A stretch of DNA of 64,000 nt. Source: Felis catus. Its lineage: Eukaryota. Positions 39,013 through 52,164 of the stretch are shown here, in pieces (the stretch's first letter is position 1; each line of letters opens with the position of its first letter). The stretch is taken from positions 194,930,001 through 194,994,000 of the forward strand of contig NC_058368.1 of NCBI RefSeq assembly GCF_018350175.1, written 5' to 3'. The position numbers and the translations under genes were made by a program. The notes beneath the pieces are model-generated. The model was not told where the DNA came from. It searched no databases and saw only the letters and a program-made list of their open reading frames with translations.

Positions 39013-40564
39013 ACCAGCTATACTGGAAAAAAAGACTAGAGGGGAAAATATAAAAAGGTTAAGAGCAATTATCCCTGGATTGCAGATTTATGGATAATTT
39101 TCAATTTCCTTCTTTCAGTATTTCCCTACTTTTTGAATTTCTGCAAGGAGCAAACATTACATTTGTGATTATAAATAAATGCAGTGACGCTTTAAAAATT
39201 TTTTTCTCAATCCTTGGGGAAAAAAATCAATTGTACTTGTTTCGAAAGGAGTGATCTAACTCATGAGAAAAGAATTAAAGCAGCCTGAAGAGTCCTCTCT
39301 TTAGGAGCAGACTGAGAGCAGCCAGCCAATCACCAAGTCCTATAGACAGATGTTACTGCCAGGAATCCTCTCAGCCACCCATTTCTGGACATCCCCGTCC
39401 CCCTAGTCTCATTCAGGCTTCCATGGGGCTTGCTCACATTACTGCAAAAGAGTTTTAACTCCCATCCTGCCCCACGCCCATCCTTCTTTCTCACACACTG
39501 GCCCTTCTAAGACCACAGATTAGACCACACCACTGCCCTGCTTCCACACCTCCCCTGTGGCTCCCCCCAGCTTCAGCATTAAGCCCCCTTCCCTTGCTGA
39601 CTGCTATTCTCCTTTAAGTCTATCCTTGAATTACCTGCAGAGGCAGACTTCACATTCTTAACACGCGTGTACACGTGCAAGTTCACATGTGTGCTTGACC
39701 CAAGGCTACAGTGAGTTCTTCCCACCCATTCTCGTGACACGTTTGACAGTCCCCATACTAGCCCTTACCACACATGCGTACCACCGTTAAGAGTCTGCTT
39801 ATTCGTCCCTGTTCTCCCTGTAACGCAAGTTATTCTGGGCTGGAGGCTTGTCTCGTTTCCTGTGGTAACCTCAGCAGCTGGCACAGTGATTTAATAACGG
39901 GTACTCAATAACTTTTCAAAATAAATAAACCAACTCAAATATATTGTCGGTTGATTGACACGGTGATTCAGTCCTAAACATTTAGAGAGATTAGATCTAA
40001 TCTTTCAGTCCCAGACTGGCAAAAATCACTGAGCTCTATAGATCATGGGGCAAATGGTCCAAAATCTGTCCTTTTGTAAAGAGGCCTGTCTTCATAGGAT
40101 CACAGAGACCCTGCCCACATCCAAAGGACGAATGATCAAACTCCTTAAAATTAATAGGCGTCTTACCTCCAAATGGAGATGATCCTACCTGTTGACTAGG
40201 AACAAATCCAGCTGCTTTTCACTGGGCATCCAGGTCAAAAAGCCAGGTTTTCCCATACTTTGAATGGATGTCTTAAGAGTGCCTAAGGAGCCCCCCTGCT
40301 TTTCTTCTTGTCCCTCCCAAATCAGAAGCTCATTGACACTTGCATTATTCACTCTTTGTGTGGTGAGTATTGACACTTCTGCTCTTCTTCTGGAATAGTA
40401 AATAGTTATCAGATCAAGTCAGGGACCACCTAGCTATGTAAAGAACTTGGTTATTTGAGGACAGGTATACATATCCGCTCTCTACCCCCACCCCAACTTG
40501 TTTCTATGTGATGGCCACAGATCTTGACACAGATTCCTAATGGAAGAGCAGTCTGCCTTTATTT

Positions 40565-40760
40565 TGTGTGGTGGTTAAAAGCCAGAGTCTGGTGCCACAT
40601 AGACCCAGGCTCACTCACTATATGTGAGGAGCTGATTTGTTTCATGTCTTTAAGCTTCAGTTTCCCTGTCTGTAAAATCCCAGTGGTGACTAACCTACTG
40701 ACTTCCTTGAGACATCATGGGTGGAAATTATGTGCAAGAGAGTGTTTAGCACAGTAAAGA
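40565..40760 (+). mobile_element. MIR SINE
   Basis: gtggttaaaagccagagtctgg...cttcagtttccctgtctgtaaaat...gtgtttagcacagt. Confidence 0.7.
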
Positions 40761-41578
40761 GTTTTTGTAAGTGGTTTTCATGTTTCCCATGATAATGCTG
40801 ATGGTGATGGTGATGATAATGGAGACCCCAAAATTATCAGTAATTAGCTATACAATCTTGAGCCTCAGTTTCCCCCTCCCCCATGTCTCCTGTCCACCTT
40901 TCCAGACTTCACTCCTGCTGCAATTTGCTCTCTACAGAGACAGTGTAACAATTAGGACACAGCCCTCCATGGCCAGACCAAACCTGAAGTTCAGCTCTGT
41001 GACCTCAGGCAGAGTAGCCTGAGTCAGCCTTCCCATCTGTAGAGTGGGGTACCATCCGCCTTGTGACGTGTTATGAGGACTAAGAGACAAAGCACAGAAA
41101 ATGCTAAGCGCAGTGCTTGACACAAAGTACACACAATGAATGTCTGCCATTACTTTTAAACACTCCTCCTAATTTTCAACACATTTCACACTCACTGTCT
41201 CTTGTCAGATTCCTTCACTAAAACCTTGGTCCTGCAACCACTCTCTATACAGTAGACATGGTGGACACTATGTCCCCCAGTTTGCAGCTGAGGAAACAGA
41301 TTTGGAGGCATCACATCACAGAACCAGTGAGCTCCCAGGCAGGGATTAAGATCCAGTTCTCGAAAGCCAGAGAAGGTGTCTGTTGTGCATCAAACCACCA
41401 CAACATCAAAGGGCCAAGACATAGGAAATGGAGGGACCACAGACCCACACAGCACGCTTATGCAACCACCTAAGTGTCATCAAACGTCGAAATCCAACCT
41501 CTTTTAAGTAGTCTATTGTTGAAAGTGCCAAATTAAAAGAGGTGGGATTTCTATGTTTGACAACACTTAGGTGGTTGC

Positions 41579-41656
41579 ATGGAAACCAATTTGACAAGAA
41601 ATTTCATATTTTAAAAAAATAGTAAAATAAAATAAAATAAAATAAAATAAAATAAA
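41579..41656 (+). mobile_element. Ultra-short felid L1 3' stub with a (TAAAA)n tail
   Basis: atggaaaccaatttgacaagaaatttcata matches the 3' ends of the L1 copies at 34850 and 62228. TSD gaaatccaacctctt (41489-41503) / gaaatccagcctctt (41657-41671). Confidence 0.85.
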
Positions 41657-42299
41657 GAAATCCAGCCTCTTATGGTGCCAGGCTCAGTATGCCTCAGGAG
41701 GGAACAGTCAATAATGAAAATTGAGATAACCAACAAGGGAGGCCCGGGGGGCCATGGTCCCCTGGGGTGGAGATACATAATCTCTAGACAAAGAATGAGA
41801 AACTGGCAATGATGTGCCTCCTTGGGAGTGTTCCACAGGGGACAGAGTTTACTCCTTAGTAATTAAAGTTAATCCAAAAGAAGAGTTACCATTTTCAGCT
41901 TGTACATTCCACAATACTGTGATTTTTCCCCCCACTGGGTCCTTAATTATCTGTATGTGTTTAATTTACTTTGCAGATGAATTAGGAAAAACAAAACATA
42001 ATACCTCAGAACTAGAAAAAAAAAACCTTAAGAAATTGTCTAAGACAGGCCTTCATTTTACAGAGAGGGGATCTGATGGCTAGAGTGAGGACATCACTTG
42101 AGCAAGGTCACACAGCATGGAGCAGGTGGGACAGAAACCCAGGTCTAATGCTGTTTGCAGCAGCCAAGGCCTCCCCTCCCTCGCAGCTTCTTTCTAATGT
42201 AGCTCCCACCAACCAAACCCTTTGGACCACTTTCCCATTCAAGCCTCTCTCCTTGTCACTCAAAATATGTTTGCAGAGCAAGACTGGACCCATATTAAC

Positions 42300-42545
42300 A
42301 CAATAACAAGAGCAACAACCATGTCTAAATGCTACTATGTGCCAGGCAGTGTGCAGAGCACTTTTGCCAATATCATCTCATTCAGACCTCACAAAAGCCT
42401 CTGTGAGGCAGGAAATGTAATCCCCATTTTACAGATAAGTAAGCCAAGGCTCAGAAACATTAAGTCACTTGCATAAAGTCACACAGCAGATCAGTGGCAG
42501 AGGTGGAATTTGAACTGAGATCTGTCTCACCCCAAAGGCTGTCTT
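42300..42545 (-). mobile_element. MIR SINE, near full length
   Basis: ctactatgtgccaggcagtgtg...ccccattttacagataagtaagccaaggctcagaaacattaagtcacttgc...gtcacacagc. Confidence 0.85.
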
Positions 42546-43184
42546 CTCCTGAGCCAAATATAAATATTTAATCCCTGGATGTTTGGAATTACCCAGCCCT
42601 TGCTTGTTTCCTTTCATCATAAGGAAATCAGAGATGAAAGGGAACTTCACTGAATAGACAGGCCCAAGCCCCCAGACTTCCAGCCCAGCACTCTGCCTCA
42701 CCAAAAGCACACAGAGCTGACTGTGCTTCCTGGGACCATGGTAATATGAGCATAGTCCCCATGCCAGAAACTTTCCAGCCTGTGTTTGTTCTCCAAGAGC
42801 AGCGGGAGTGCATAGCAGCTCTATAAACAGCTGGAGTCCCCAGGCCCGACTGTCTGCCTCCCAGGGCCTGGCTTTATTCACTGGAGCTAGCAGACCTGAG
42901 AGCAGAGAGAGGCAGCCAGGAAAGCAACAGGGGTCTCTATCCATTCCCGACGAGGGGAGGGCTGAAGCTGCCAGCCCTTCATCTGACCTTTCCAGGCAGT
43001 TTCATTGAGTCTACACAGAAAACGAAGGTAGAGATTGGAACAGGAAGGGAAAGAGAGAAGAGGGAGAGGGGTCCTGAACTAAACAGCCCCTTTGACAGGC
43101 CATGAGAGAAAGATCTGGAACTAGAACCCAGAGGGATCCATCCAGCTTGTCTGGACACATGTAAGTCCCTATACTGCAGCATCT

Positions 43185-43746
43185 ATGTGTCCGTGTAGTA
43201 TTTACACACATGTGTATATTGTGGGATTGTGCATTTGTGCAGATGTACAAAGAGGCATGTGTAAATGTGTATGCTAGCTTACAGAAAATGAAACAGGGAA
43301 CATCAAAGAGAAATGTGTATGACCAAGCACAGATACGAACATAAGTCTGTTTCTGTGGTGATAAATGTACATGTAAATAAGTGTGGATGTGCACATATCT
43401 GTGTGCACACATATATGTAAAAGTACTTAAGAGTGAACGCACATGAGGTATATTATCTTCAGTTATGCAATTATATATGGATATCTGTGAATATATGAGC
43501 ACATATTTAAGTACAAATCAGCATCTGAGTGAGCACATTTATGTGTGTATGTATGTACACATGAATATGTGTATGTACAATTACATGTGAATAAGTGAAA
43601 GAGAATTTAAATGTGTATCGGTATGTGAGTATGTCCACACACATACATGCGCAGGTACATGTGTGAGTGTGTATATGTGGGGACACATGGATAGCTGGAA
43701 TGCATGTAGAATATATGTAAACAAACGTGAGAGAGAGAAGAGTGTA

Positions 43747-43784
<38 letters not shown>

Positions 43785-43810
43785 AGTATGTGTGTCTGTG
43801 TGTATGTGTA
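43185..43810. repeat. Degenerate (TG/TA)-rich low-complexity tract ending in a perfect (TG)n at about 43750-43781
   Basis: About 600 bp dominated by atgtgtat, gtacatgt and acatatgt words. Confidence 0.8.
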
Positions 43811-44183
43811 TTGACACCATCTGGGCACGAATCCCAGTGTTTCCATTATTAGGACATGTGCTCCAGGCTCTCTTGCCAAGTCTTGGGCTGGCCTGGCATA
43901 GAGACAGGCACACTGTGTCCATGACCCCCAGTGACTGGTGAAAGTCTATCCAACTCTAGTCTACAAGTTTGGCCTCCTTTGTAGATATTAAGGAGCAATG
44001 GACAGAGTCCTGAACCAGAAATCAAGAGACCAGGAGTTGAGTTCTAGCTCTGCCACCATTTAATGCCACTCAGACTCAGTCCCCTCTAGGTATCCGGCTT
44101 TAAGAATGGTGTGTAGGAACACATGAGTAATAGGTATGAAAGCCTTCTATGAATGCTACAGAAATACAAAGGATTATTAACTA

Positions 44184-44206
44184 TTTTTTTAAATTTACTT
44201 ATTTAT

Positions 44207-44249
<43 letters not shown>

Positions 44250-44409
44250 AGGTGAAGGGCAGAGAAAGAGGAAGGGAGGGAATCCCAAGCAGGCTCAAAG
44301 CTGTCAGTGCAGAGCCAGTCACGGGGCTCGATCCCACAAACCGTGCGATCATGACCTGAGCTGAAACCAAGAGTCAGACGTCTAACCAACTGAGCCACCC
44401 AGGCACCCC
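44184..44409 (-). mobile_element. CAN-SINE
   Basis: T-rich tail, (GA)n and ...tgagccacccaggcacccc. Imperfect TSD ending ttaactatt. Confidence 0.95.
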
Positions 44410-44597
44410 TAAAGGAGTTAACTATTGAACCAATCAACCAAGGACTCCAATACATAAGCCTAAGGAAACACCTTCTTAGGTTTATTTCTTCTGTTCCCTA
44501 TTTTATTCATTTATTCTTTCCACCTCCGTTATTAACCACATCCTATACATGCTGAATATGGCATTAAGCTCTAGGAATAGAGTTCTGTTTTACTCAT

Positions 44598-44975
44598 ATT
44601 AGGCTAGGCTTTCCTGCAACAACAAACAATCCCCCAAATCTCAATGTCTTCAAACAACAAAGATTGATTTATCACTCATCTAAAGTCTGCTATGGATATT
44701 TGTGAATATATGAGCGCATACTTAAGTATAAATCAGTATAAAGCAGATGTGGGGGACTCTCTAAGACCACTGCCCTCCCTGTGGTGGCCGAGCGTTGCAT
44801 TTCCACATCAATGTGTGATTTCACATTTGCCATGCAAGGGAAAAAGGCACCGAAGGCTTGAACACCGGCAAGTCGATGCTTTCCTCCCAGAAGTGACACA
44901 GACCACTTCTGCTCATATCTCACTATCCAAAGGAAGTCATGTGGCCCTGCCTGAAGAAAAGTATAATCCCCACCC
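44598..44975. mobile_element. Ancient MaLR LTR remnant (MLT1-like)
   Basis: aacaaacaatcccccaaatctcaatg...aaacaacaaagatt...gaagtgacacagaccacttctgctcatatctcact...agtcatgtggccctgcct are typical old MLT1 motifs. Confidence 0.7.
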
Positions 44976-46074
44976 CCCACCCCTGACCCCATAGGTCTCT
45001 GCTTTCTCTATGGAGACAGTGAACAACAAAACCAAAGGTAACAACACAGTGTGATGAGTGAGATCACAGAGGTTTGCACAGGATGCTATGGGACATAGCT
45101 AATAATGACCACCGATAGCAATATTAGCCCTCACTTATTCACACGTCTTATGTGCGGGGTGCTGTGAAAATGCCGCTGTGTGATTCTGAGCAGTTTTTCT
45201 AAAGAGGAAATCTGATCATGGTACTCTCTCTGTTAACACCTTCCAGCAGAGAATGATGTCATGGAATGACCCAAAGGTTGGGATGTGGGGGGAGAGGTTA
45301 AAAAAACTCATGTATCCAGCAGTGCTAAAAGAGGGGGCAAGTCAAGTAAGAAAAGACAACAGCATCTGATGGGTTTGGCGATGGTGGATGGGGAAGGGGA
45401 GGGTGTGTGAAATTCGGGAATGTGATATCAGGGGCATGAAGAAAGCAGAAGACAAAGTGGAACAAAGACAGTAGGAAGACAGTTCTTCCAATGAAGAGGT
45501 GAGGTGGCAGTGACTCTCACGTATTGACTGCTTTACTGAAAACCAGGCATCTGCGGTTGGCAACTTATGGGGATTAGTTCATGTAATCCAACCATCCCAT
45601 TTCATAGATGAGGAAACTAAAGCTCAGAGGGGCTTAATTCACCCAAGCTTTTCCAACCAATAAATACCCTTGCTAGTTACTATCCCCGGGCTGCCTGACT
45701 TCTGGAGCCCTGATCTTGGCCACGTTCACCTGCTCAGCACTGGGCAGGAGGAAAGGTGGTGGAGCCAAGGAGACGAAGGGCCATGGGTCTCCTGCACTGT
45801 GGTCTGGTTAATTAGTAGGATTTGTGTGATTCTATCAGAACTTTTATCACAGCAAGACCTTGGCATCCATCCCTTCGGATATTTGCAAATGAGGCCTCAA
45901 GACACACAAAAACAGCTACCACTTAAGGAGATGAAATGCCCCTTAGCCCAACCCTAAATGTGACTCCATTATTTGGGCAGCAGTATTTCACAAGGCCAAC
46001 CTACTTCTGGGGTCAACTGATTGAATGAAGTACATGCTTTGAATCATAGAAGATAAAACTAAATCCATATACTT

Positions 46075-46585
46075 TTCTCCAACTCTGCTGCTGTCAACTC
46101 CAGTTAAACTTGGCATCGTCTCTTTCCTACTTGGCTAAAACTACCTCCTAACTTGCCCCCATGCCTCCCTTCCTCACACCCTACACTGCTTCCCACTGTG
46201 GCTAGAGGAATTTTTTTAAGCCCTAAATCAGATCACAGCATCCTCCTGCTTCAAACCCCACAGCAGCTCCTCTTACTCTGTTCTGCTCCCTCTGTCCCCA
46301 GAGATCTCTGTGTGAATGACTCCATCTCACCCTGCAGGTCTCAGCTCAGATAGCTCTTCAGAGGGCTCTTCCCTGACTCCCTATCTAAAAACGTTCCCCT
46401 CTCCAGTCACTATCACATCACTGGGTTCCAGTATCCTTGAAGCGATGTCTCAGATGTGAAAATTCACTGTTTGTTTATTGTCTTGTTTGCTCTTGTGTTG
46501 GGGGGCTTATCTCTCTCAATCATCTCCATATTTCCAGTGCCCAACACACTGCCTGAACCATAGGAGCCCAATCAATATTAGTGGG
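46075..46585 (+). mobile_element. L2 LINE 3' remnant
   Basis: taaatcagatcacagcatcctcctgcttcaaacc...caggtctcagctcaga...ttccagtgcccaacacactgcctg...taggagcccaatcaatatt. Confidence 0.7.
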
Positions 46586-47288
46586 AAGAATTAACCTTGG
46601 AGGTTCTCTGGTTGAACCGCCGTCTGTTGTAAGAATCTCAGCCACAAACACTGTGGCCAAGTAGTTTCTGCTTGGATACCTCTAGAGACAGGGAGCTCCC
46701 TGTCTCCCAAGACAGCCAACCCCACCTTTGGACAACTCTGAAATCTCCATTTACCCATGGCTTTCATTATGATTCTAGGGCTACAGAGAATCAATCTATT
46801 CACCTGACAGCCCTTCAAATAACTGAGGTCAGTCCTCTTGCCCCTTGCCCACACCTGGCTTCTTCAACCATTCCCCATGGTGCCCAGTCCCTTTACCATC
46901 CATGGTGCTCTCTCAGAGTACATCCAGTGCCATTGCCTTCCATCTTGAAATGAAAGGTCAAGAAATGAACCCCGGCCCCCCAGGACTGCTCAGAGCAGAC
47001 CAAAGTGGAGCCATCATTATCCCAGTTCTGGGTTAGTAGGCTTCAAAGCACTGTTTTTAATAGCAGCCCTACCACCACAGTTCATTTTAGGCTAAATCTT
47101 ATGTGGCACTTTGACAAACTGATTTTTTTTTTACAAAAAGGCCTGTTCTGGATGAAGTGGAGCAGAGGCCAGGAATCTTACTCCTTTGGTTTTTCCCTCA
47201 ATCTGTGCCTTCCCAAGGCGGCCTCAGGCAACCTCCTCAGAACCCTAGAATCACTTCTATGCATGCCGCTTCAAAGACGTTTCAGTTT

Positions 47289-47485
47289 GGGGGTGCTGGG
47301 TGACTCAGTCAGCTGAGCGTCCGACTCTTGATTTCGGCTCAGGTCATGATCTCAGGTTGGGGGGTCAAGCCCTGCATTGGACTCCACACTGAGCATGGAA
47401 CCTGCTTAAGATTCTCTCTCTCTCTCGCTCTTTCTCTCCCTCTGTCCCTCCCCCACTCACATCCTCTCTCTCTCTCTAAAAAAAA
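47289..47485 (+). mobile_element. CAN-SINE
   Basis: Head gggggtgctgggtgactcag, CT-rich region and A tail. TSD agacgtttcagttt / agacatttcagttt. Confidence 0.94.
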
Positions 47486-47902
47486 GAGACATTTCAGTTT
47501 AAGTAATCATGTCACAGTGTTCACTCACACTATGCTACAGACAAGAAAACACTGGAACATCTTTTTACGTACATGAGTAACAGATGAAAACAAGCTTTTG
47601 TAGTAAGTCCAATAAAAAAGAAAAGACAGAGGAAGAAAACAGGAATGCCCCTGAGTCCCACTGTCCTAACCTGTGTTAGCCACTACAGACGAGCAAGTTA
47701 GTGTACCTCCTACTACCTTCCCCAACCACACATACATATATGCACATTGACGCGACCTTCATTTAAATAGGACTGTGCTCTTGTCATTTCCACCAACGCT
47801 TGGAATCTCTCCCATCACTACATATGGGTCTAACTCATTCTTAACTCTCTGCACACCACCAACGTGGAATATAAGTGGTTTATATTCAAGATACGACAAA
47901 TA

Positions 47903-48109
47903 GGGCACCTGTGTGGCTCAGTCAGTTTAGCGTCCAGTTTCGGCTCTGGTCATGATCTCACACTTTGTGAGTTGTAGCCCTAAACTGGGCTCACTGCTGT
48001 GAGCACGGAGCCTGTTTGGGATCATCTGTCCATCCCCCACCCCCCGCCCCCACCCTGCTCTGCTCCTCCCCTGCTTGCGCTCTCTTTCTCAAAAATAAAT
48101 ATTTTAAAA
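47903..48109 (+). mobile_element. CAN-SINE inserted in the ancient L1
   Basis: TSD aagatacgacaaata (47888-47902) / aagatatgacaaata (48110-48124). Confidence 0.94.
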
Positions 48110-49074
48110 AAGATATGACAAATAATTTTAATCTGTGTCCAAGCTTTATGGCCTGCCTAAACAATCCCATGCCATCATTTCATGGTATCGATCCACTCTT
48201 TTCCTGATGGATCCTTTGCGTTTATGTAGCCTTTCACTAATACAAACAACACCCCAAAGGATAATCGTGTCTACAACTCTGTGTGTTTCCTCAGGATATA
48301 TTCCAGAAGTGGAATGCCTTTATCAAAGGACATGCACCTTTCTTGTTGTTTCAACAGACATTATTGTCCAGCTCACTTACAAAACAGCTTCCAATTTACT
48401 GTCCCCATAACAGTGTTCATTTCCCTTTATCCTTGCCAACCCACAATATTATCAAGCCTTTTCATTTTACCAAATGGGATTTTTAAAATGGTACCTCATT
48501 GTCAGTTTTAATTTTCATTCCAAATTCCTAGTGAATTTGAGTATCTTTGCATATTTTTTTTTTTTGCATGCTGGGCATTTTCAATAATAGTTTAGATTTC
48601 TTTTTTTACATATATCTCCTTAATACAGTTAGGGTTTAGTTTTCTGCATAGTATTTGGTGGTGGTTTAACTCTATATTTCTCTGATTAGATAGTAATTTT
48701 TCTATCATTATGCCTAGGTCTGTTTCTAGTCTCAGTTTATAATTCCATTGCTCCTTTTGTCTGTTTCTGCACCAATACCACACTATTTTAATTTCTAAGG
48801 CTTAACATTTTATTTCTACCTCTGTTAGAAAAGTTCTCTGTTGTTCTTCTTCTATAGGTTTTCCTAATGTTTCCAGTCCATTTTCTCTTCCATATAAACT
48901 TTAGAATCCACTTGTCGAGGCTGATAAAAATGGCCTCAAGTTTTTATTGAGATTGCATTGAGTTTATAGATTAATTTGGTAAGAATTGACATCTTTACAA
49001 TATTATGTAAACACGGTACATCCCTCTGTTTATCTAGGTATTCCTTTGTGCCTTTTCAGTAAAGTTTTAGAATT

Positions 49075-49101
49075 GGTGGTGGTGGTGGTGGTGGTGGTGG
49101 T
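49075..49101. repeat. (GGT)n trinucleotide repeat
   Basis: About 9 perfect units. Confidence 0.92.
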
Positions 49102-50489
49102 TTTTTGCTTTTTTTGTTTTTTTATTGTCTATAAGTCACACATTTCTTGTTAGGTTTATTCCTAGATACTTTGTGTGGTTTGTTGCTATTTGGGATGAAA
49201 TCTTTTCTGTTGTTGCTTTTTTCCATTACACTTTCAGTCTTTCTACACAGCTAATGCTCGGTCGTTTTTTATACTCTTGGGTTTGGGGGATCCAAGAGAA
49301 AGTCTATTAAATGTCATCCAATTAGATACGGTTCAACACTCCACAAAGCCTTGGTAAACTGAATACTTAAAGAAGGCCAAGGATAGAACACTCAGAAATG
49401 CCATTAGAGTCTGTTATAGGCAGGAAATGTGGCTTCAGGCAGCTTTGGTATCCTCTGCTGAATACTTCTCTCCCAGCACCCCACTGAGGGAGGCATCGCA
49501 ATCGTGAATTTATGACAGCTCAGAGTTGGCTCTCCATCAGATCAGATTCAGGAAGGCTGACTCATGACAGTCAAACCCAGAAAAGACTAAAGTGGGTAAA
49601 TAAGACTGCCAAGTTATTTAATTTACAGTGGGGCTCTCCATTTGAATAATAGGAAAGCTCTTGTCCTCCATGAAAGCACTCCCTTCCTATTCTCTGAATA
49701 CCAGGGAAGCCAATCAAAAGTTGCATTTGACATACGTGGAACTGGACAAAAAAGAAGGAAGAAGACCGACAGTCCTGAGGGAAATTTTGTCCATGCCAGA
49801 GAGAGGTCTAAGAAACCATCCCTGCCATACCATTCAGAAACCCTCTTTCCAGGAATGAAAATGTTGATGTTCCCCCATCCCAATGATGCTAGATTACCAA
49901 TTGCCAAATTCTTGTTCCTCAAATACTCTTTTCTCATACTACTGAGTGAATGTCTCCCATATGTTTATAAAATAGTTCTCTAAATGAGACACGAAACAGT
50001 AAATTAGGGTTCCAGTTATTAAATTACAAGCACAGGCCTGTTCTAAATCATTGGGATTACATGTGGGACTTTGTGATTGATTCTGGGCCTTGCCAAGCTC
50101 TTCTACTGCATATTCTTCTCTGCTGTAGTTTAACCCACACAGAGCAACCGGTTTTCCATTTTTCCAAATGGGCTAATGGCATGTCTCACTACTGTGCCCT
50201 ATACTGACAACACTGTCCTCTTGCCTTTTTCCAGGGTAACATCCGCCCTTCAATTTGCACTCCTTGACAACCAGTTACAAATCCACCTCACTGTTTAATA
50301 TCCCAAACCAAAGTTCTCCACCTGATAATTGACTATAAAGGCATGTATGAGCCAACCAGTCACATGGGCTTAGTGGGGTCCCAGTATACTATATCTACCA
50401 TATTTCTTTCACCTACCCATGTAGGAACTTGGTTTAAAAAAAAAAAAAAGGAAATAAAGAGGCCACATGTAATTGTCAAAATAATGTGA

Positions 50490-50735
50490 AATTGAGAGCC
50501 AGATAGTCCTGGGTTCGTGTCCATGCTCTAGCACCTACTAGCTATGGGAGTTTGGGCAAGACACTTGACCTCTACTGAATAATAGAATTATTATCAAATA
50601 ATTTCTGAATTTCAGTCTCCTTCCCTGTAAAATGAGTATAATACCCAGTGTGCTAGGTTGATGAAAGGCTTAGAGATACAATGCATATAATGTTCTAGCA
50701 AATGCCAGAATCCCAATAAAAGCAGCTGCTATTAG
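50490..50735 (+). mobile_element. MIR SINE
   Basis: gagccagatagtcctgggttcg...ttgggcaagacacttgacctct...cagtctccttccctgtaaaatgag. Confidence 0.75.
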
Positions 50736-51214
50736 CATTTTTATGTAATTATTAAACTCATGCTGTGTTTTAGTGATCCCCTAAAGATAAACAAAGATGC
50801 TCAGTTCCACTGGTCCAACCCACCTACAGTTCTTTACAACAAATGTATCTCTGATTGTGTGAGATCCAAATCAGAATGCACCAAGCAGGGTGGTGACTTG
50901 GGAGAGGTTCAAGGCACAGAGCGGCATCTGGAACCAAGAAGACAAGGGTCAGGATCTGGGGATTCTGCCAGCACTGGACTTGAGTGTGGCACAGACAATG
51001 GGTCAAATTCAAGGGTCAGATCAGCAATGAAGTAGGAGCACTGGTGGACTGCGGGACGTGGGGCAGAAGCTTTTTGTTTCTTGCCCCTTTTAATACGTCC
51101 TGATAATTATGGGTATCTACAAACCCACAGCTGCATAACCACAGCCAGAGATAGTATCAGCTGGCATTAAAGTGTCATGAAACTGTCACTTGGGGCAATT
51201 CTAGGAGATCCTGG

Positions 51215-51455
51215 GCAGTGTAGTCTAGGAGTTAATTGCTTGGCATGAACATCTTAGGTCCAAATGTCAACTTTAGCACTTGCTAGCTGTGTGATGTAGG
51301 AACAGTACTTTAACCTCTGTGTGCCTTGATGTAACTAACCATAACATGGGAATGGTAATAGAACCTACATCGCAAGATTACCATGAAGATAAAGTAACAC
51401 ACATCATGCTCTTGGCATCATTCCTTACACGTGGTCAAGTCTCAAGCCTACATAT
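51215..51455 (+). mobile_element. MIR SINE
   Basis: gcacttgctagctgtgtgatg...tactttaacctctgtgtgcct...gggaatggtaatagaacctac. Confidence 0.7.
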
Positions 51456-52164
51456 CAGTATTATCAATCCTGGATCTACCAGTAACTAGTGGTGAGAACT
51501 CAAGATTTTAGGGCTTTAGATGCCACATCTGTCCAAGGTGGAGAAGAATCTTCTCTTCATGCCAAACTTCACAGAACAAAATTAACATAAGGGTGCCCTG
51601 AAAACTAAAAAGCAGCAACCCCAAATCACGCATCATCAATAAAAGAAGCCAGTGCAGCATACTACTTAAAAGCAGACTTTGGAGTCAGCCAGTCATGGAT
51701 TCAAGCTTCAGCCCTGTCACTAACTTTAGATGAAGCACGAGATAGCCCCCGGCCTCAGTTTATCTATAAAATGGTGTCACTGTGAGAATTTGGTGAGAGG
51801 GCTCCCTAAAGCTCTTAGCACAGTTCCTGGCACTCAGTCGGGATTTAGTAAACTCTACATGTGCCAATGAGCCAGGTCCTTACTGTGAAGAGCTGGGGCT
51901 GACTCATCTCACATTTGGAGACCTCGTCTATGACTCTGGTTCCACAGTGCTTTTCAGAGGCCTGGGGAGGGCAGCTCCCTCCTGGGGTGGGAGAGGAAGA
52001 GGCATCTCATATAGCAAGGCTAAGCACCCTCTACTCAGATTCCAATCCTCCTGATTACTATGTAAATTTGAACAAATTACTTAACCTCTCTGCCTCTCCT
52101 TCACCTATAACTTAGGTTGGTTATATCTATGCTATAGGGTTGTTTTAAAGATAAAACGAGCTGA

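Larger units (their letters stand above)
47720..49240 (-). mobile_element. Ancient L1 (L1M-type) ORF2/3' remnant, interrupted by a SINE and a (GGT)n repeat
   Basis: Minus-strand ORF 48592..48783 begins WYWCRNRQKEQWN (L1 ORF2 WYWxxNRxxDQWN motif). Also gattgcattgagtttatagattaatttgg...gaattgacatctttacaatatt and aaaatggtacctcattgt. Confidence 0.85.

Noticed and set aside
44184..47500. Inversion between the more distant head-to-head SINEs at 44.2 kb (-) and 47.3 kb (+)
   Set aside because: Each element keeps its own TSD in direct orientation, so the intervening 2.9 kb is not flipped.
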